Shown here piece by piece: positions 1 through 12,681 of a stretch of DNA of 64,000 bases. How positions within the stretch are numbered: position 1 is the stretch's first letter; each line of letters starts with the position of its first letter. The translations under genes and the position numbers were made by a program. The DNA comes from Phoronis australis (taxonomy: Eukaryota > Animalia > Phoronida). The stretch lies in NCBI GenBank assembly GCA_002633005.1, contig NMRA01000349.1:62001-126000 (forward strand). Reading direction: 5' to 3'. A model generated the notes under the pieces. It worked only from the letters and a program-made list of their open reading frames with translations, did no database searches and had not been told where the DNA came from.

Positions 1-954
1 TGTATTCAGGAGCTATGAATAATGGCCCATGAATAAGCAAACAACCAGTTACAAATATCGTTTTATAACTTAAGTTTGCCGCTTCTTATTTCAAATTGTC
101 TAGGTTGTCAATCAATCCGTGCCCGCTATAAGAAAATTGCAGTGACGCTGCTCGGATTTACCGCCAATCCTGGCGTTTGAATATTGTGGTTTAGTCATCG
201 CTGTGCTTCGGAGCAGAAGAGGTACTTGTTACGGAGTATGGTACATAAGAAGTTTTGTACCGCAGTGTCGGGTGGGGCTAGTTCGTGCTCTAATGTGGCG
301 TTTTTAACTGAATACGGAATGTAGATATACTAAATATTTTGGTTACTGTAGATTTCTGGCTTAAATATTGAAAATACCTCCTCAGGTGGCAGTAATCATT
401 TAACTGATCTGGTTCAATTCAAAGTTTGCTCATAGAGTTTCTAATGAGGTTTGGTTTAATCAGTGTTACTTGTGAAGAAAATTTTATTCAGTTCACTCTC
501 ACAATATACGAGAGGCTGTTATCGCCAGAGAGATATTTCTAAACTGAAATTGTTCAGGTTATGTTTCAAGGCGATTGTATTCACAAAAGTTTTCTGCATT
601 TTTCATGGTTTTTCTCGTTCATAGGCGCCAGAAATGTTTGCTTTAGTGGGGAGAGGTGAAACAAGTGAGAACACAAACCAATCCTCTCTCCCCAACCTCG
701 TCTCCGCCACGGACACGCAGTTTTGCATCTAGATCCGTGACATCAGGTTCACTCCACTCCATACTTAAGTTATAGACTCTTGGCAACTGTTGGTTGGAGA
801 AGTGTACCCAAACTAATTCGACTTCGTCAACATTTGCCCCGTGGCCCTGCATTCATATTCCTTCGTATCTCCACCGCTTCAACCGACTCGTCGTCAATGT
901 CCCACCTTCTTCGCCATTGGCGTCCGGACAGTGCTGTTCAGGAGCACACGTACA

Positions 955-1175
955 CATGCGCGCACCCAGCCTTTAATATGGGAGGACTCGAATTTCTGTC
1001 GATGTGGATCTTTTGCTGACAAAAAACGGGGAGGACTGAAAAAACGGGGTACTACATTCACTGCGCGTCTGTGCCAGTTTAGTGGACTTTTGTCTCGTTT
1101 TCTCGGACGTTTTCTTTCTCTGAGGCGGACCTTTTTGCCCACTTCGCCAAATGGGCCACCTTGGGTGCGCGCATG
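955..1175. mobile_element. MITE, ~220-250 bp family with CATGCGCGCACCC...GGGTGCGCGCATG terminal inverted repeats (copy 1 of 3)
   Basis: TIRs at both ends; near-match 5-bp flanks gtaca/ataca; internal sequence recurs at 13343 and 63704. Confidence 0.8.
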
Positions 1176-2639
1176 ATACATGTCAGAATGTTTAGTTGTA
1201 CCCAACTAATCTCAATTCATCTCAACTTATCCTGCCATCACCATGCCAGCCTGTTGCTGATGTCATTTTTGTTAGCACCCTGCCCCCGCAGGTGGTGCAG
1301 CGATTAGCACAGTGTCACGATTAGCACCGTGGTGGAATGTTGTTCAACATGGCTTCTCATTGGTTAAAGTAGTGCCGGCAGACCGATCGAGACCACTCGC
1401 ACTGACAAAAGACTAAGGCATGCCGTTCCCTGCTGTTTTATCGGAATAAATGGTTCTAATCATGAATGCCGTATACATACAAAGATAGTTTTCGACACTT
1501 GTATAAAATTACGGACAAGTAAAAGTCCTGCGCCAACGATTGACCAACAACCGAGACCGACTATGGCGGGCTAGGCTAAGCGTGTTTTATTTGGTTTAAT
1601 TAACTCTGGAAAACAAACAGTATAAGCAGAATAACGAACATGCAACATCAAAATATTGAATAAAATTTCTACAGTTAGAATATCCTGACAGTTAAACTTG
1701 CAAAAATATGGAAAATAAATTTAGACGCGACTTGGCTACCGCGGGCGGGCGGCTGACTGCCAAGAGAATTTCAATTTTTGGCGAAATAATTTCAAGTAGA
1801 AAACGTGCCATGATGTCAAATGGTATAATGGTATTAATGAGTTTAAAGTACAAGGAATAATTCCCACTTAGCCAGAAACATTCGTATACGCTGCTAGCGC
1901 CTGGCCTGCCGTGCTCGGACCTGAGCTGCGCCGGGCAAGATAAAAACATTAATTAGCTACCTGACCCTGCATGAGTGAAATTCTTGTGACAAAGAGATTG
2001 AAAAATACTGCGTAATATTTTCCCATCGCCGACATTCAGCTCATTTAGTAAAATTCACTACACTCCCCCCGCTCCGGTTTGCGACGCGGAATTTTTATAT
2101 TTAGACAACAGAGGTATATACGGTATTGTAATTGCAAGTTTGTTTTTTGTGAAGTTTGAAAATATATTTCCCTGGTAATTGAAAATCAAAGCCAATTAAT
2201 TTGGCAAGTGATTATTTTCCCGGCGAAGAGTCACGGCGACTGCAGGCCGGGGAATTACTTCGTCGGTTACTGTGCCCTGGCAAAAAAATCAAGCACAGAT
2301 GAAGGGCGCACTGTTTCGAGATAAAACTTGTTTTTATTTGTCGATGTATGTTTTTTCTTTTTTACATTTTTAACGGCCAGTAAAGCATGAGTCGATTAGC
2401 TGCCAATTATGCACTGCGCTCACACGTCCGAGTAGTTACCGTGACACAGTTATATTATTGCTCACTTCAGGCTTGTACTTTGCATCAGTTTCACGATATG
2501 GCGATGAAGATAAGACATTTGTTGATAAAAAAAACTATATTCCTTTAATTTATTACCTAAAGGGTACTATTTTTGAAATTTGACGTACCCTCGCGATGAG
2601 TCAGGGCTGACTTCAGTAGCCTAGTATTGGGTACGGGAG

Positions 2640-5075
2640 ACTTTGCGACGGCACTTCACAAACTTATGTTAGACAGGTTGGTGTGTTTCAGCAAAGTAAG
2701 AACGAAAAGAAAACGTAGTATAAGGAACTCGAGTGGTGTGCTTATTTTTGTAAAAAAAAAGAAATTATCTAGTTATGTAAATGAGGTTGCATCATATTCG
2801 GAAAATATGATTTGGATAAAATTTGCTGCTGGTATGAATAAGCCACCTCTATATTTAGGAAATGTTTATATTTCCCCTCAGGGTTTCAGGCACGCAAATG
2901 AACCAATTTTTGACAAAATGAATCCCTGGTTGCACAATTTAAGTCTCACAATCCAAATAGCAATGTCATGTTGTGCGGTGATCTCAATGCGCGCACCGCC
3001 TCAGAAGATTTTGTTAACGATGAGACTGTAGTGCCATTTCTTGAAAATGACCTAAGTGACATGGGTTATGAGTGTGATACCCAGATGCCACCACATGAGT
3101 CTCAAGATAACGAGTGTAATAGTTATGGTCGTGAATTATTGTACTTTTGTAAAAGCTGTAGAATTAGAATTCTCTAGAGCGGTCGCAGAGGTAGTGATAA
3201 AAAACCGGTAAATTTCATTTTGTGAATACAAATGAAAGTAGTGTATTAGACTATTTCATGGTCAGTGAAGAAATTATTACCTCAGTCATCGATTTTCAAG
3301 TCGGCTATCGAGTCGACTCTGATCAGTTTCCGTTGGAAATGATTACAGACGGGGAAGTGTTGTTTAACTTGCAGGTAAACCGCAACAATACACTGGATAC
3401 CCACAGTGTCAGTATGAAAATAAACAGATCCATAATTTGAAGAGATGAAAATAATAATAATTATTTTAAAAACTTGCAATTTGCTGAAGGCGGTGGCTGT
3501 CTAGAAAATATATCAAGTCTACAAAATAACACGAGTATTGTTGACGAAGCCTTAGATTGTATGTATAATTCGGTTGTAAAATCAGCGATACGCTCTGTTA
3601 TGAGAAAAATTGAGCCATCAAAACGTAGATCAAAACCAGAAATATGGTTTGATAGAGAATGTCATGATAATAGATATAGATTATTACAAAGCGAAGTCGT
3701 TATCCCACGTTATCTAGAGCCCGAGTGGACGGGATGTAAAAAATTAATAAAAACAAAACAAAAAATATTCCAAGAAACGCTAACCAAAGCGTTGTTGGAT
3801 ACATCCATGAATGAAAATAACAAACAATTTTGGAACTTGGTGAAAGGTAACAAAGAAGAACGGTCTTCAAATATTACACATGCACAATGCTATAACGGTT
3901 TTAAAAACTTTATACTTCTCAGACTGGAGACTACGATGTATTTTTCAATCAGTTTCATATATATGTTGAGCAGTTTAATCACGGTGGACAACATGGAAGA
4001 TCAGTCAGTTTTTAATAAAATTATTAATTTTGATGAAGTAGATAAGTGTATGAATGACATGAAATTGGGTAAAGCTGCTGGAAATGATGGCATTTCGTTG
4101 GAATTTTTCAAGTTCGCAACACCCGCATTTAAACAGTTTCTCGTTTGTTTGTAGAATAAACTTTTTGATACGGGGAATTACCCGTCTCAATGGAATTCAG
4201 GTATTATGGTCCCTGTGTTTAAGTCTGGAAATAAGAATGATCCAGGTAACTACAGAGGAACCACGCTGTTACAGGTGGCTCCCAAGATATTTGCCCGGTT
4301 GTTATGTAATCGACTCCATTCATGGGCGGATGCGAACAATGTACTGTGTGGGAGGTTTCAGGAAGGGGTATTTCACTGTGGGTAACATGTTTATTCTAGA
4401 TACACTAATTAGCAAATATCTATTGAAACGTAGCGGCCGGTTCTATTGTCTTTTTTCGAGTGTAAAAATGAGTTCAACTGGGTCTGGCGATGGGGTCTTA
4501 AGTATAAAATGTCAAGTTTTGGAATATATGGAAAAATGCATAAAATTCTAAACAGTATGTATGAAGGAATGTGAAATATTGCGTTTGGCTGAATGGGGAT
4601 GGCTACGTAACCGATTTCTTCCAATCTACGATGGGTGTAATACAAGGGTGTCAATTATCTCCCTTTCTCTTCTCGCTATTTATAAATGATTTAGAAAGTG
4701 AAAAATGTAATGGGCTCGTTTGTAAATATTGAAATATTGAATTTATATTTGTTGTTGTTTGCCAATGATTTGGTTCTCGTCGCTGAAACCGCTATTGCTA
4801 TGCAAAGATTAATTACCAAACTAGAAGAATATTGTAATAATTGGAAGCTTCGTGTGAATATGTCGAAGACAAAAATTATAGTCTTCCAAAAAGGGGGAAA
4901 TTATGAAAAGCGGAAATTATTTGGCGAAATTGTACAAACGACTTGAGAGTATAATTATTTGGATATCAAGTTTACTCCTAAAGGTGTATTTACGAAGGCG
5001 CATAAAACGTTAGCTGACAAAGCGGCAAAGGTTATTTTTGTTCTAAAAAGCACATGTTTAAAGGAGAATGCCACC
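2640..5075 (+). mobile_element. Decayed non-LTR retrotransposon ORF2 (APE endonuclease + reverse transcriptase), L2/CR1 group
   Basis: Frameshifted pieces in order: GVLIFVKK, YLGNVYISP, LCGDLNART, NSYGRELL, SVLDYF, SDQFPL (APE); WFDREC, KAAGNDGI, NYRG, GFRKG, QG..LSPFLFSLFINDL, LLFANDLVL, VNMSKTKIIVF (RT). Confidence 0.9.
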
Positions 5076-5371
5076 CAAAAAACAACCTATTTTGTATCAA
5101 TTTAGATCGAGTAGTTCTACTTGATAACGGCACGTTCGGTTGCTTTACCTGACTCCTGACGGCAGACGGAGGTGTTGAAATTATCCAATGACGTCATTGG
5201 TTTCACACGCAATCTGTTCAGCAGTTCACAACACGGGTTAGTGGTGTCAGCTTATCGCTTGAATTCATCGTTTAACACCAATAAATCATCACACTTCGAT
5301 GTAAAACCCTTAAAAATACACCGATTACTTATAAAAACGTGTTGTTTTATTTCGCTGTTACGGATTTACTA

Positions 5372-5396
5372 CTCTCTCTCCCTCTCCCTCCCTCTC

Positions 5397-5427
<31 letters not shown>
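5372..5427. repeat. (CT)n microsatellite running into the assembly gap
   Basis: ctctctctccctctccctc... directly before the N run. Confidence 0.95.
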
Positions 5428-5925
5428 NNNNNNNNNNNNNNNNNNNNNNNNNNNNNNNNNNNNNNNNNNNNNNNNNNNNNNNNNNNNNNNNNNNNNNNNN
5501 NNNNNNNNNNNNNNNNNNNNNNNNNNNNNNNNNNNNNNNNNNNNNNNNNNNNNNNNNNNNNNNNNNNNNNNNNNNNNNNNNNNNNNNNNNNNNNNNNNNN
5601 NNNNNNNNNNNNNNNNNNNNNNNNNNNNNNNNNNNNNNNNNNNNNNNNNNNNNNNNNNNNNNNNNNNNNNNNNNNNNNNNNNNNNNNNNNNNNNNNNNNN
5701 NNNNNNNNNNNNNNNNNNNNNNNNNNNNNNNNNNNNNNNNNNNNNNNNNNNNNNNNNNNNNNNNNNNNNNNNNNNNNNNNNNNNNNNNNNNNNNNNNNNN
5801 NNNNNNNNNNNNNNNNNNNNNNNNNNNNNNNNNNNNNNNNNNNNNNNNNNNNNNNNNNNNNNNNNNNNNNNNNNNNNNNNNNNNNNNNNNNNNNNNNNNN
5901 NNNNNNNNNNNNNNNNNNNNNNNNN
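5428..5925. other. Assembly gap (N run)
   Basis: Continuous Ns. Confidence 1.
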
Positions 5926-6177
5926 TCTGATCTACGAGTGCTGTTCTTACCAAGATAAGATAAGGTGGACGAGATAGTGTTCAGAATCTTTTTACAGACT
6001 CATGATTTAAATGTTCTGAGAAAAGTTGCTAGATATTTAATTAATGCGGAGAAACGCCGAAATGAATTCCTTGATATGAATAAATTTAGATTTGAGAAAT
6101 CTTGTACTCTCTATGTATTATATATTTGTAATGTGGGCCGGAGGCCTGTTACATGAAATAAACCTATATATCTATCA
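5926..6177 (+). mobile_element. Probable 3' end of the LINE (ORF2 C-terminus, 3' stem-loop, AATAAA and simple tail)
   Basis: LIYECCSY...NVLRKVARYLINAEKRR resembles L2/CR1-group ORF2 ends; hairpin tgtaatgtgggccggaggcctgttaca followed by aataaa and ctatatatctatc. Confidence 0.6.
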
Positions 6178-7964
6178 AGTTTGTATAAAAAGAACCAAAT
6201 TGGGAATCAAAAACAACCAAACAAAGAAACAACGCATACACTCACGGTGATGTCAATACGTTTTCAAGGACAACATTCAGGTATCGTTCCTAACTGACAC
6301 ACAGGAACTCGGTCACGAAACAGACGGAATAGTCGATGATATTACGCTCTCGGCTGAGGCAAAGATACTAATCTTTGGCCGAGGTACAAAATAGACCTAT
6401 ATCACACCGACAGGATACGCGTTCCAAACGAGACTCACTACTATAGCTCTGTTGGCTTATCGGCATCTAGTACTGGTTGTATTTCGCGTTGCTCGAATGG
6501 CTAGAAAATACGGTCACTTAACTGTCTGTTTTACAATCCCTAAGGACGTTGAGATTCGGAAGCGTTGTGTACATGTAGTTGCCATGCGTTGCGATGAAGA
6601 AAAATATGTCCGTGTAAAATTTATAAATGTTTTCGAAAAGTTATATCATATTTTGTCGCACCTCAGTTGCCGAGCATCATAGCAACCACCGGAGAATCTT
6701 CGGCCCGCCAGGCTGTGTTTTCATGACTGCGGGTTGAAAGAGGATGCATTTTGTTCCAAAAAGGTGAGGGTCCTCAATCTGTCGATTTTGGGGCCAAATG
6801 TCAGCCCTATTTCTGTCTCAAAAATATTTTAAAAATCCCCCGAAATTCTCCCCCACGACGCCCTAAAAATTCCCCTAGTGATTGAAAAGTTCTCTCCCGA
6901 GAAGTTCAAATCACCTGTAACCACACAGGTGACAATTTAAAAGAGCACAAAATGCTACTTGAGACCAAGCCTATGAGAGCTTGCAACAGGACGGGGTGCT
7001 ATTGATGATGATCGGGAGGTAGATTTTTCCCCTCACACGGCGAAACCCCCCCCCCTCAGTCAGAAGGCACAGGCACCTTTCGGCCCCTTGGATGAACGAG
7101 GCCCCTAAAGAAACATGATAACTATACTTGCCGTGTCCAGTTAAATGAAATTGAGCTCTAAAACGAGGCTGTGCTTTGGACGAACGAATTGTGTGTTTTA
7201 ATTTTATGATTCAGCTTGGTCTAGATTGATATTTGAAACCGAACACATGAAATAGGCGTAAGAATTATTAAAACCAAGAAAGCAGAATTGATGGTCAAAT
7301 ATTTACTTGTGACTGTATGCAAGAGAGTGAATGAGAACCTGGATATAATGTGAACGTGATTTCTGGGACTGTGCTCGTTTTTAATTTTTTTCAAAATTTA
7401 AAAAATGGTTAAATATTTTTTAGTTTCAATTACGTGCCTGTTTTTATTTTGATAAAAATATATTTGATAACATCAGTTGTTTACAAGAAGAAACGTAACC
7501 CTGTATTCAGCATAATACCTATTCCGTAACACTACTATCGCCGCAGTTTGGTTATGTTTACTTTTCATGTTTCGAACCGAGTTTTCCGAAAAAAACTTAT
7601 ACCCTTTCGTCGGACAACTCTTTTGTGCATTGACTTGTTCTCTAATGTATTTTTCTACGTCTTTGTGGCTAATTATCGACCCATTTTTAAGATTTTAATA
7701 TCCAGGTTGAACTCGAAAGACCGGCCATCTAACTCACGCAATGTCAACTTCCGCTTTGTTTATCGCAAAGAGCTTCGCGTGAATTAGGTCTATTGTGCTA
7801 AGAAAGGCTTTTAGTTTGATAACAGCGATATTTTCACGGTGCAAGCTTAACATGAAAAGATCCTTAGTAAGCTAGACTAGTTACTTAAAAATTATTTTAC
7901 AGGTTCACTTTATTTCTATTTTGTTTCTGTTTTTATTTTATTTTAATCATTTTAACAAGAAAAC

Positions 7965-8215
7965 GGCGTTTCTTAAAAGGTCACGACCTCCGACCCCAGG
8001 CTTCTGACATAGAAAGTATTTACAAAAGCCGAGGCGAGTCGGGAAAGGTAGTTCGATTCACTGCAATGTTCATCGTTCAGTATGTGGTATAAATAGGTTA
8101 TCACGTATACTCAGTCGTTATTTCCCTTTTCTAGAGTCATTGTGGCGATTATTATCCAATATCCACTCGGGCTATAGATTACAGGGGATAACGATTTCCC
8201 ATGTAATAATCTATA
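7965..8215. repeat. Interspersed repeat with terminal hairpin (same family as 10838-11669 and 13585-13693)
   Basis: ttcttaaaaggtcacgacctccgacccc...cagtatgtggtataaatag...ccatgtaataatctata shared with 11385-11669. Confidence 0.8.
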
Positions 8216-8855
8216 TATTCAGAGAGATGTTTCCGGTGTGTTTTATGGACGCGTTTCTAAAATGAAAATTGCACAGAGCCTTCTAGCAAACCACACGCTC
8301 AAAATTCCATAGTTGTGAAACTTATTATTTGGTAGTCACAGCAGAAAACTGGGCACAAGTAATTTGGGTTAGTCTAGTCAGTCCAAAAACCTCACGCAGC
8401 TCACACAGTTTACCAATGGAACAATAAGGAATGCAGCAATGAAGACATATATTTCAAGTTATGTTGCTCATAAACAAGATGTGGCGATAACTCCACGAGG
8501 GACATGAACAAAAGCAAACAGTAAACAAACACAACTTCTAGACAGTCAATCTGTTTACACTTGTACATTAGAAATCATCCAATTCTACGGACAACTTGAA
8601 ATTCAAGGCTAACAAAATTATCAAAACATTAACACAGGACAGAAACAATACCATTTCTCATCAAACCCCTGATTCGTACAGGTCAAGCCAAATATTAAAG
8701 GTTAATAAAAATATTGACCTTGTGAATTGAGATATGTGAATAACACGATTTTCAGGTAAAGATCGTTCCGTTTGTTGTCATCACGAATTTTCAGTCATGC
8801 GCTTTAGTTGACTTAGCTTAAGAACCAATATTGTGTAAATCTATTTAGTTTCAAA

Positions 8856-9135
8856 CAAAATTGCTCACCTGTAAATTAAAACAGTTTTTGCATAAAGACG
8901 ACTTTTAAGTATTTAAAAATGCTTCGAAAGTGATACCGAAACTACTAGCAATCAAAATTGCTCAACTGTAACTGAAAACAGTTTTTGCATGAAGACGACT
9001 TTTAAGCATTTAAAAATGCTTCGAAAGTGATACCGAAACTACTAGCAATCAAAATTGCTCAACTGCAACTGAAAACATTTTTTGCACGAAGACGATTTTG
9101 ATGCTCCGAAAGTGATACCGAATTTGCAGCAATCA
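8856..9135. repeat. Tandem repeat, three ~97-bp units
   Basis: caaaattgctca...gcttcgaaagtgataccgaa...gcaatc starting at 8856, 8953 and 9050. Confidence 0.9.
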
Positions 9136-10085
9136 ATGCGACATACAAGAACAAAAATTCTATTGTATACTGGGAAGAGCTTTGTTTACTCTAGATGTCT
9201 GGGTGCACAGGTGACTCGCCGAAGATAAGAATAGCCCGGTTTGATAAAATCCGGGTATCGGGTTGCTGTCTTTCTAAGAGCATTCAGATTACATCCCTGT
9301 GGCATTTTAACGCACTTTTTCATAATACCCCTCTAGTGCACTGCTTTTCTGTGTTGTTCAGCTCTAAGACTGACGTTTATTGATTTTCCGCAACCTGGGG
9401 GGACAGATTTGTGCGCAACATGAGTTATCAAAACATCTATAGAGTGCCTCACTACGCTCATGTCATATCAGCTCAATACTTTCATAGAAATAACACAAAT
9501 TTTCACATTTAGCTGAAAGTAATGAATTGTAGAGTCTTATAGAGTAGGCCATACAAGCACTGAGAACTTTAAAACAACGAGTTTCGCAGTTATTCTAAGT
9601 ATTTTAAAGTTATCTGAGGGTCCAGTCAAATCTCTGTTAACTCGAATCGGTAATTGGCCAATATGTATGGTACGCTTCGAACTAACTTACAATTTTGTTA
9701 CAAGTCATGCGGCGTGATTGGTCAACAGATTACAGTTGAGTCCAAGGTGAAGGGGGTCGGGATTCTCGACTGGTCACTAGTTAGAGGCCATGTTTACACG
9801 CGGAGAAGAAATGATAAAATTTGCTTGCATCGAGCGGTTGTGAAGTGTGTGAACGGAAATTGAAAAAATGAAACATAATCGATGATCGTTGTACATATGC
9901 GCACTCACAGGCATCATGTTTGTCGAAGCATAAGACGCAATGATTTTTTCTTTAACTAATTATGAGCTGGCCATAACTGTTTACTTTGGGCACCGATGTT
10001 TAAACAAAGGAACTGATACACTTCTGAGGGTACTCTCTACGAGGGTGATTGCATTACGTTATTGCAATGATGCAAGATGACGACT

Positions 10086-10691
10086 TCAGATACCTTCCTG
10101 GATTATGGACTTGATCGTTGAGACAATCCCATCATAATTTTTCGCATTTCCAGCCGATAGTTTACCAGAATTATAAATTTGCCAGACTCCACTGCGTTTG
10201 CACATGGAGCACATTACAACTGCTTGAGAATGACGAGCGTGTTTGAAAGATGTCGAACACAGATCTTTGTGTATGTCTGAAGCTTCATAAAACTTTAAAC
10301 TAGGGTTTGGGTAACGTGAAATGTTTGGTGAACTCCATGCGCTGAGTGTGAAAAATAAATGGGTTATGTTTTGTGACATTTCTTTCAATTTGACATTTAT
10401 TGTATGATGACCTATTCTTTTTTGGTCGTCCATTTTGTCACCTGAATGTCGTATCGCTTGATTTTTTCTGTGCCCATAATCAACTACAAATAACAAGTTT
10501 GTGCCACTAAATGCGAGGCATGATGCATCAAGGTAGTCTCTACCAGAAGACGGATACCCCCAGAACAAATCAAAGATAACGTGATTAAACTGGTCGGGAA
10601 TAGCGTACAGTAAGACCACGAGATGCAGTGTCTGGTGAGCTTGTATGCCGTAGTCTTGCAGTTGTGCTAGGGTGCCATTTTTTCTTTGAAC
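10086..10691 (-). CDS. RING-Ubl-TerD-like gene copy A, last exon (C-terminal half of Ubl + TerD-like domain)
   Basis: Acceptor tttcag|GTT at 10691, 606 nt to TGA. LQDYGIQAHQTLHLV matches ubiquitin LSDYNIQKESTLHLV. Then LFWG..DYLDASCL, HSGD, I.VKL..ITHLFFTLSAW, QAVVMC..GVWQI: TerD-family pattern. About 78% aa identity to paralogue at 61500-62105. Confidence 0.85.
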   Translation of the reverse strand, partial: VQRKNGTLAQLQDYGIQAHQTLHLVVLLYAIPDQFNHVIFDLFWGYPSSGRDYLDASCLAFSGTNLLFVVDYGHRKNQAIRHSGDKMDDQKRIGHHTINVKLKEMSQNITHLFFTLSAWSSPNISRYPNPSLKFYEASDIHKDLCSTSFKHARHSQAVVMCSMCKRSGVWQIYNSGKLSAGNAKNYDGIVSTIKSIIQEGI

Positions 10692-10837
10692 CTGAAATGG
10701 ACAACGATCTATCAGAATTATTACACCACGGGAGACACAAATCCCATATAAACAACGATAACCATCCCCTAAACGTTTGCTCTTGTAGTTCTTAGTTTTT
10801 ATCCCACAATATTAGCACCAAATGGCAGATACAACCG

Positions 10838-11669
10838 TGTAATAATCCATTAAGTTATCTCACTAGTGAGATAACGATTTGGCGGGAAACCGAGGACGGA
10901 GTCGAACCCCGGACCTTGAGTTTGTTGGTCGCCGACCTTAACCACTACACCACGTAGCGGCTGACGTCATCAAGAGTGAAAATAGAATACTTAAATGAGC
11001 ACGCGCAATAATCGCATGTTCAACAAACCGCATTGTACTGTACGTATACTCTACGAAAAATAAGACACATAATTTCCATAAAAATGACATCTTAATTCAA
11101 TGAAATATTTCTCTCATGTCCTCTTACTTGTAAATCACCGATCTCCAGTTTGAATGCGGGTATCGTGTCGTCAGGATCTTTGGCTTGAGAATTATATTCA
11201 GTTACCAGTGGTAACCTACTTTAGCAGACGATAATTTCCCGGTCGAAGCTTAGCGTGAAGAAAACGTGTTTTAAGCTATAATAGTTGGTAAACCTTACTT
11301 TATAAATTCAATTTATTTCTATAATATTTAAGTTTTCAATTGGTTTTGAGTAAAAGCAATATTTGACAAAAATAACCGGGCTTTTCTTAAAAGGTCACGA
11401 CCTCCGACCCCGGCCTCTGACATAGAAAGTAGTTACAAAGCCGTGGAGAGTCAGAAAAGGTAAATCGATTCATTGCAATGTTTCTCGTTTAGTATGTGGT
11501 ATAAATAGATTATTACATGTTCTCAGCCGTTATCCCCCTTATCTAGAGCCCACGTGGATTTTGGAGAATTATCACCCTCGGGGCTGACGCCCCTCGGGCG
11601 ATAATTCTCCAAAATCCACTCGGGCTCTAGATAACGGGGGATAACGACTTCGCCATGTAATAATCTATA
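10838..11669. mobile_element. Non-autonomous element in intron, containing a tRNA-like segment and a ~165-bp terminal palindrome (class uncertain, possibly Crypton-like)
   Basis: Begins and ends with tgtaataatc(c/t)at; near-perfect hairpin 11505-11669; 3' part repeated at 7965-8215 and 13585; hairpin-end fragment at about 3675-3730. Confidence 0.55.
10888..10960 (-). repeat. tRNA-derived (SINE-head-like) sequence with Pol III A and B boxes
   Basis: Minus strand TGGTGTAGTGG (A box) ... GGTTCGACTCC (B box); acceptor and anticodon stems do not pair well, so not a functional tRNA. Confidence 0.6.
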
Positions 11670-11948
11670 TTTATCAATAGCTGAAAAGCGTTCAACGCAT
11701 AATTGGCTGCGCACCAGCCGCGGCGTTTTGACTACAGGAACACTGTTGTAGATAGTGAACATACGACATCGAGTCTCTCATTTCAAGATGAGCACGAGGA
11801 CTTTAGGGACTCCCACGCCCAAAGCCGACTTTACGCTATTATATCCGATTAGAATAAGCTAGACGCCATTGAAAAGTGAAAACCTGAAAACAAACCGACT
11901 TCACATTGATTCGAACATATCCGCATGTCTACAGAAAGTGGAACTTAC

Positions 11949-12269
11949 GTCAACATCCTTGCCGTTGAACAACAGTAGCTGTTTAGACTCCTCGTGACCT
12001 TGTCTCTGAAGGATGATCTGTTTTAATTGCAGTATAGTCATTGAAGGGTTAAATGGCACGAAGATACTTTCCCCCGTCAACGTTGAAATTCGAATGTTGG
12101 CTTCAGTATCGCCGCTAGGTTCGGGGGCGCTGAACTCAACGTTGTAGGTGGGGAAGAGATAGGCAAGCCTTAGTTGAATGTCTTTGATAGCTGGTGACTC
12201 GGGGGTCACTTGGGCAGCGCAGTTCATGTCCGGACATTCTGGCTTCGAATGGACACTCTTGACCACACA
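11949..12269 (-). CDS. RING-Ubl-TerD-like gene copy A, middle exon (end of RING + N-terminal half of Ubl)
   Basis: ttgtag|TGT at 12269 and GAC|gtaagt at 11949; 321 nt, phase 0/0; CVVKSVHSKPECPDMNC then IRISTLTGESIFVPFNPSMTILQLKQIILQRQG..KQLLLFNGK, clearly ubiquitin-like. Confidence 0.85.
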
Positions 12270-12681
12270 CTACAACAGGAAGGTGCTTTACAAGCAAGGT
12301 TTTGTTTACGTTTATTGATTTAGGTATGAAATCCCTTTTAGAATTGCCCTCAAAAAGCTAACGAAATATATTTTCCACACAAAGGTATACGCTTCACGAA
12401 AGGCTAGTCTCCTTTAGTCTAACGCATGGTAGTCCCAAGTTGGCGAAGCCGTTTATGTTGTGATGTACCTGAGAAAATATACATTGCAAATTGCGAACTT
12501 AATGGGATTGTATGTTTTCGACTTAAAATCCGATTAGAAATGCTACTTGTAGTAAACTACTTTCATTCAGCCCGGGTATCGTCGCTCCATTTTCATCACA
12601 ATCGTATTTTGCCGGGAATACTTTAAAACACGTTTGTTGAAAACATGTTGTGAAATAATTTGGAAACCGTTACATACTTAC

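Noticed and set aside
5172-5977. Long ORFs of 194-252 aa
   Set aside because: Artefacts of reading through the N gap and the CT microsatellite.
6452-6682. Possible THAP remnant (CFTIPKDVEIRKR)
   Set aside because: Only the F.IPKD..RK part matches; the W and CxxHF are not recognisable.
8856-9135. CRISPR-like array
   Set aside because: Head-to-tail 97-bp units without unique spacers, in eukaryotic context with no cas genes.
10086-10691. Bacterial contamination or ter operon
   Set aside because: The TerD-like domain is fused to Ubl/RING through canonical spliceosomal introns and is surrounded by animal transposons.
10888-10960. Functional tRNA gene
   Set aside because: A and B boxes are present but the cloverleaf stems do not pair, and it is embedded in a repeat.
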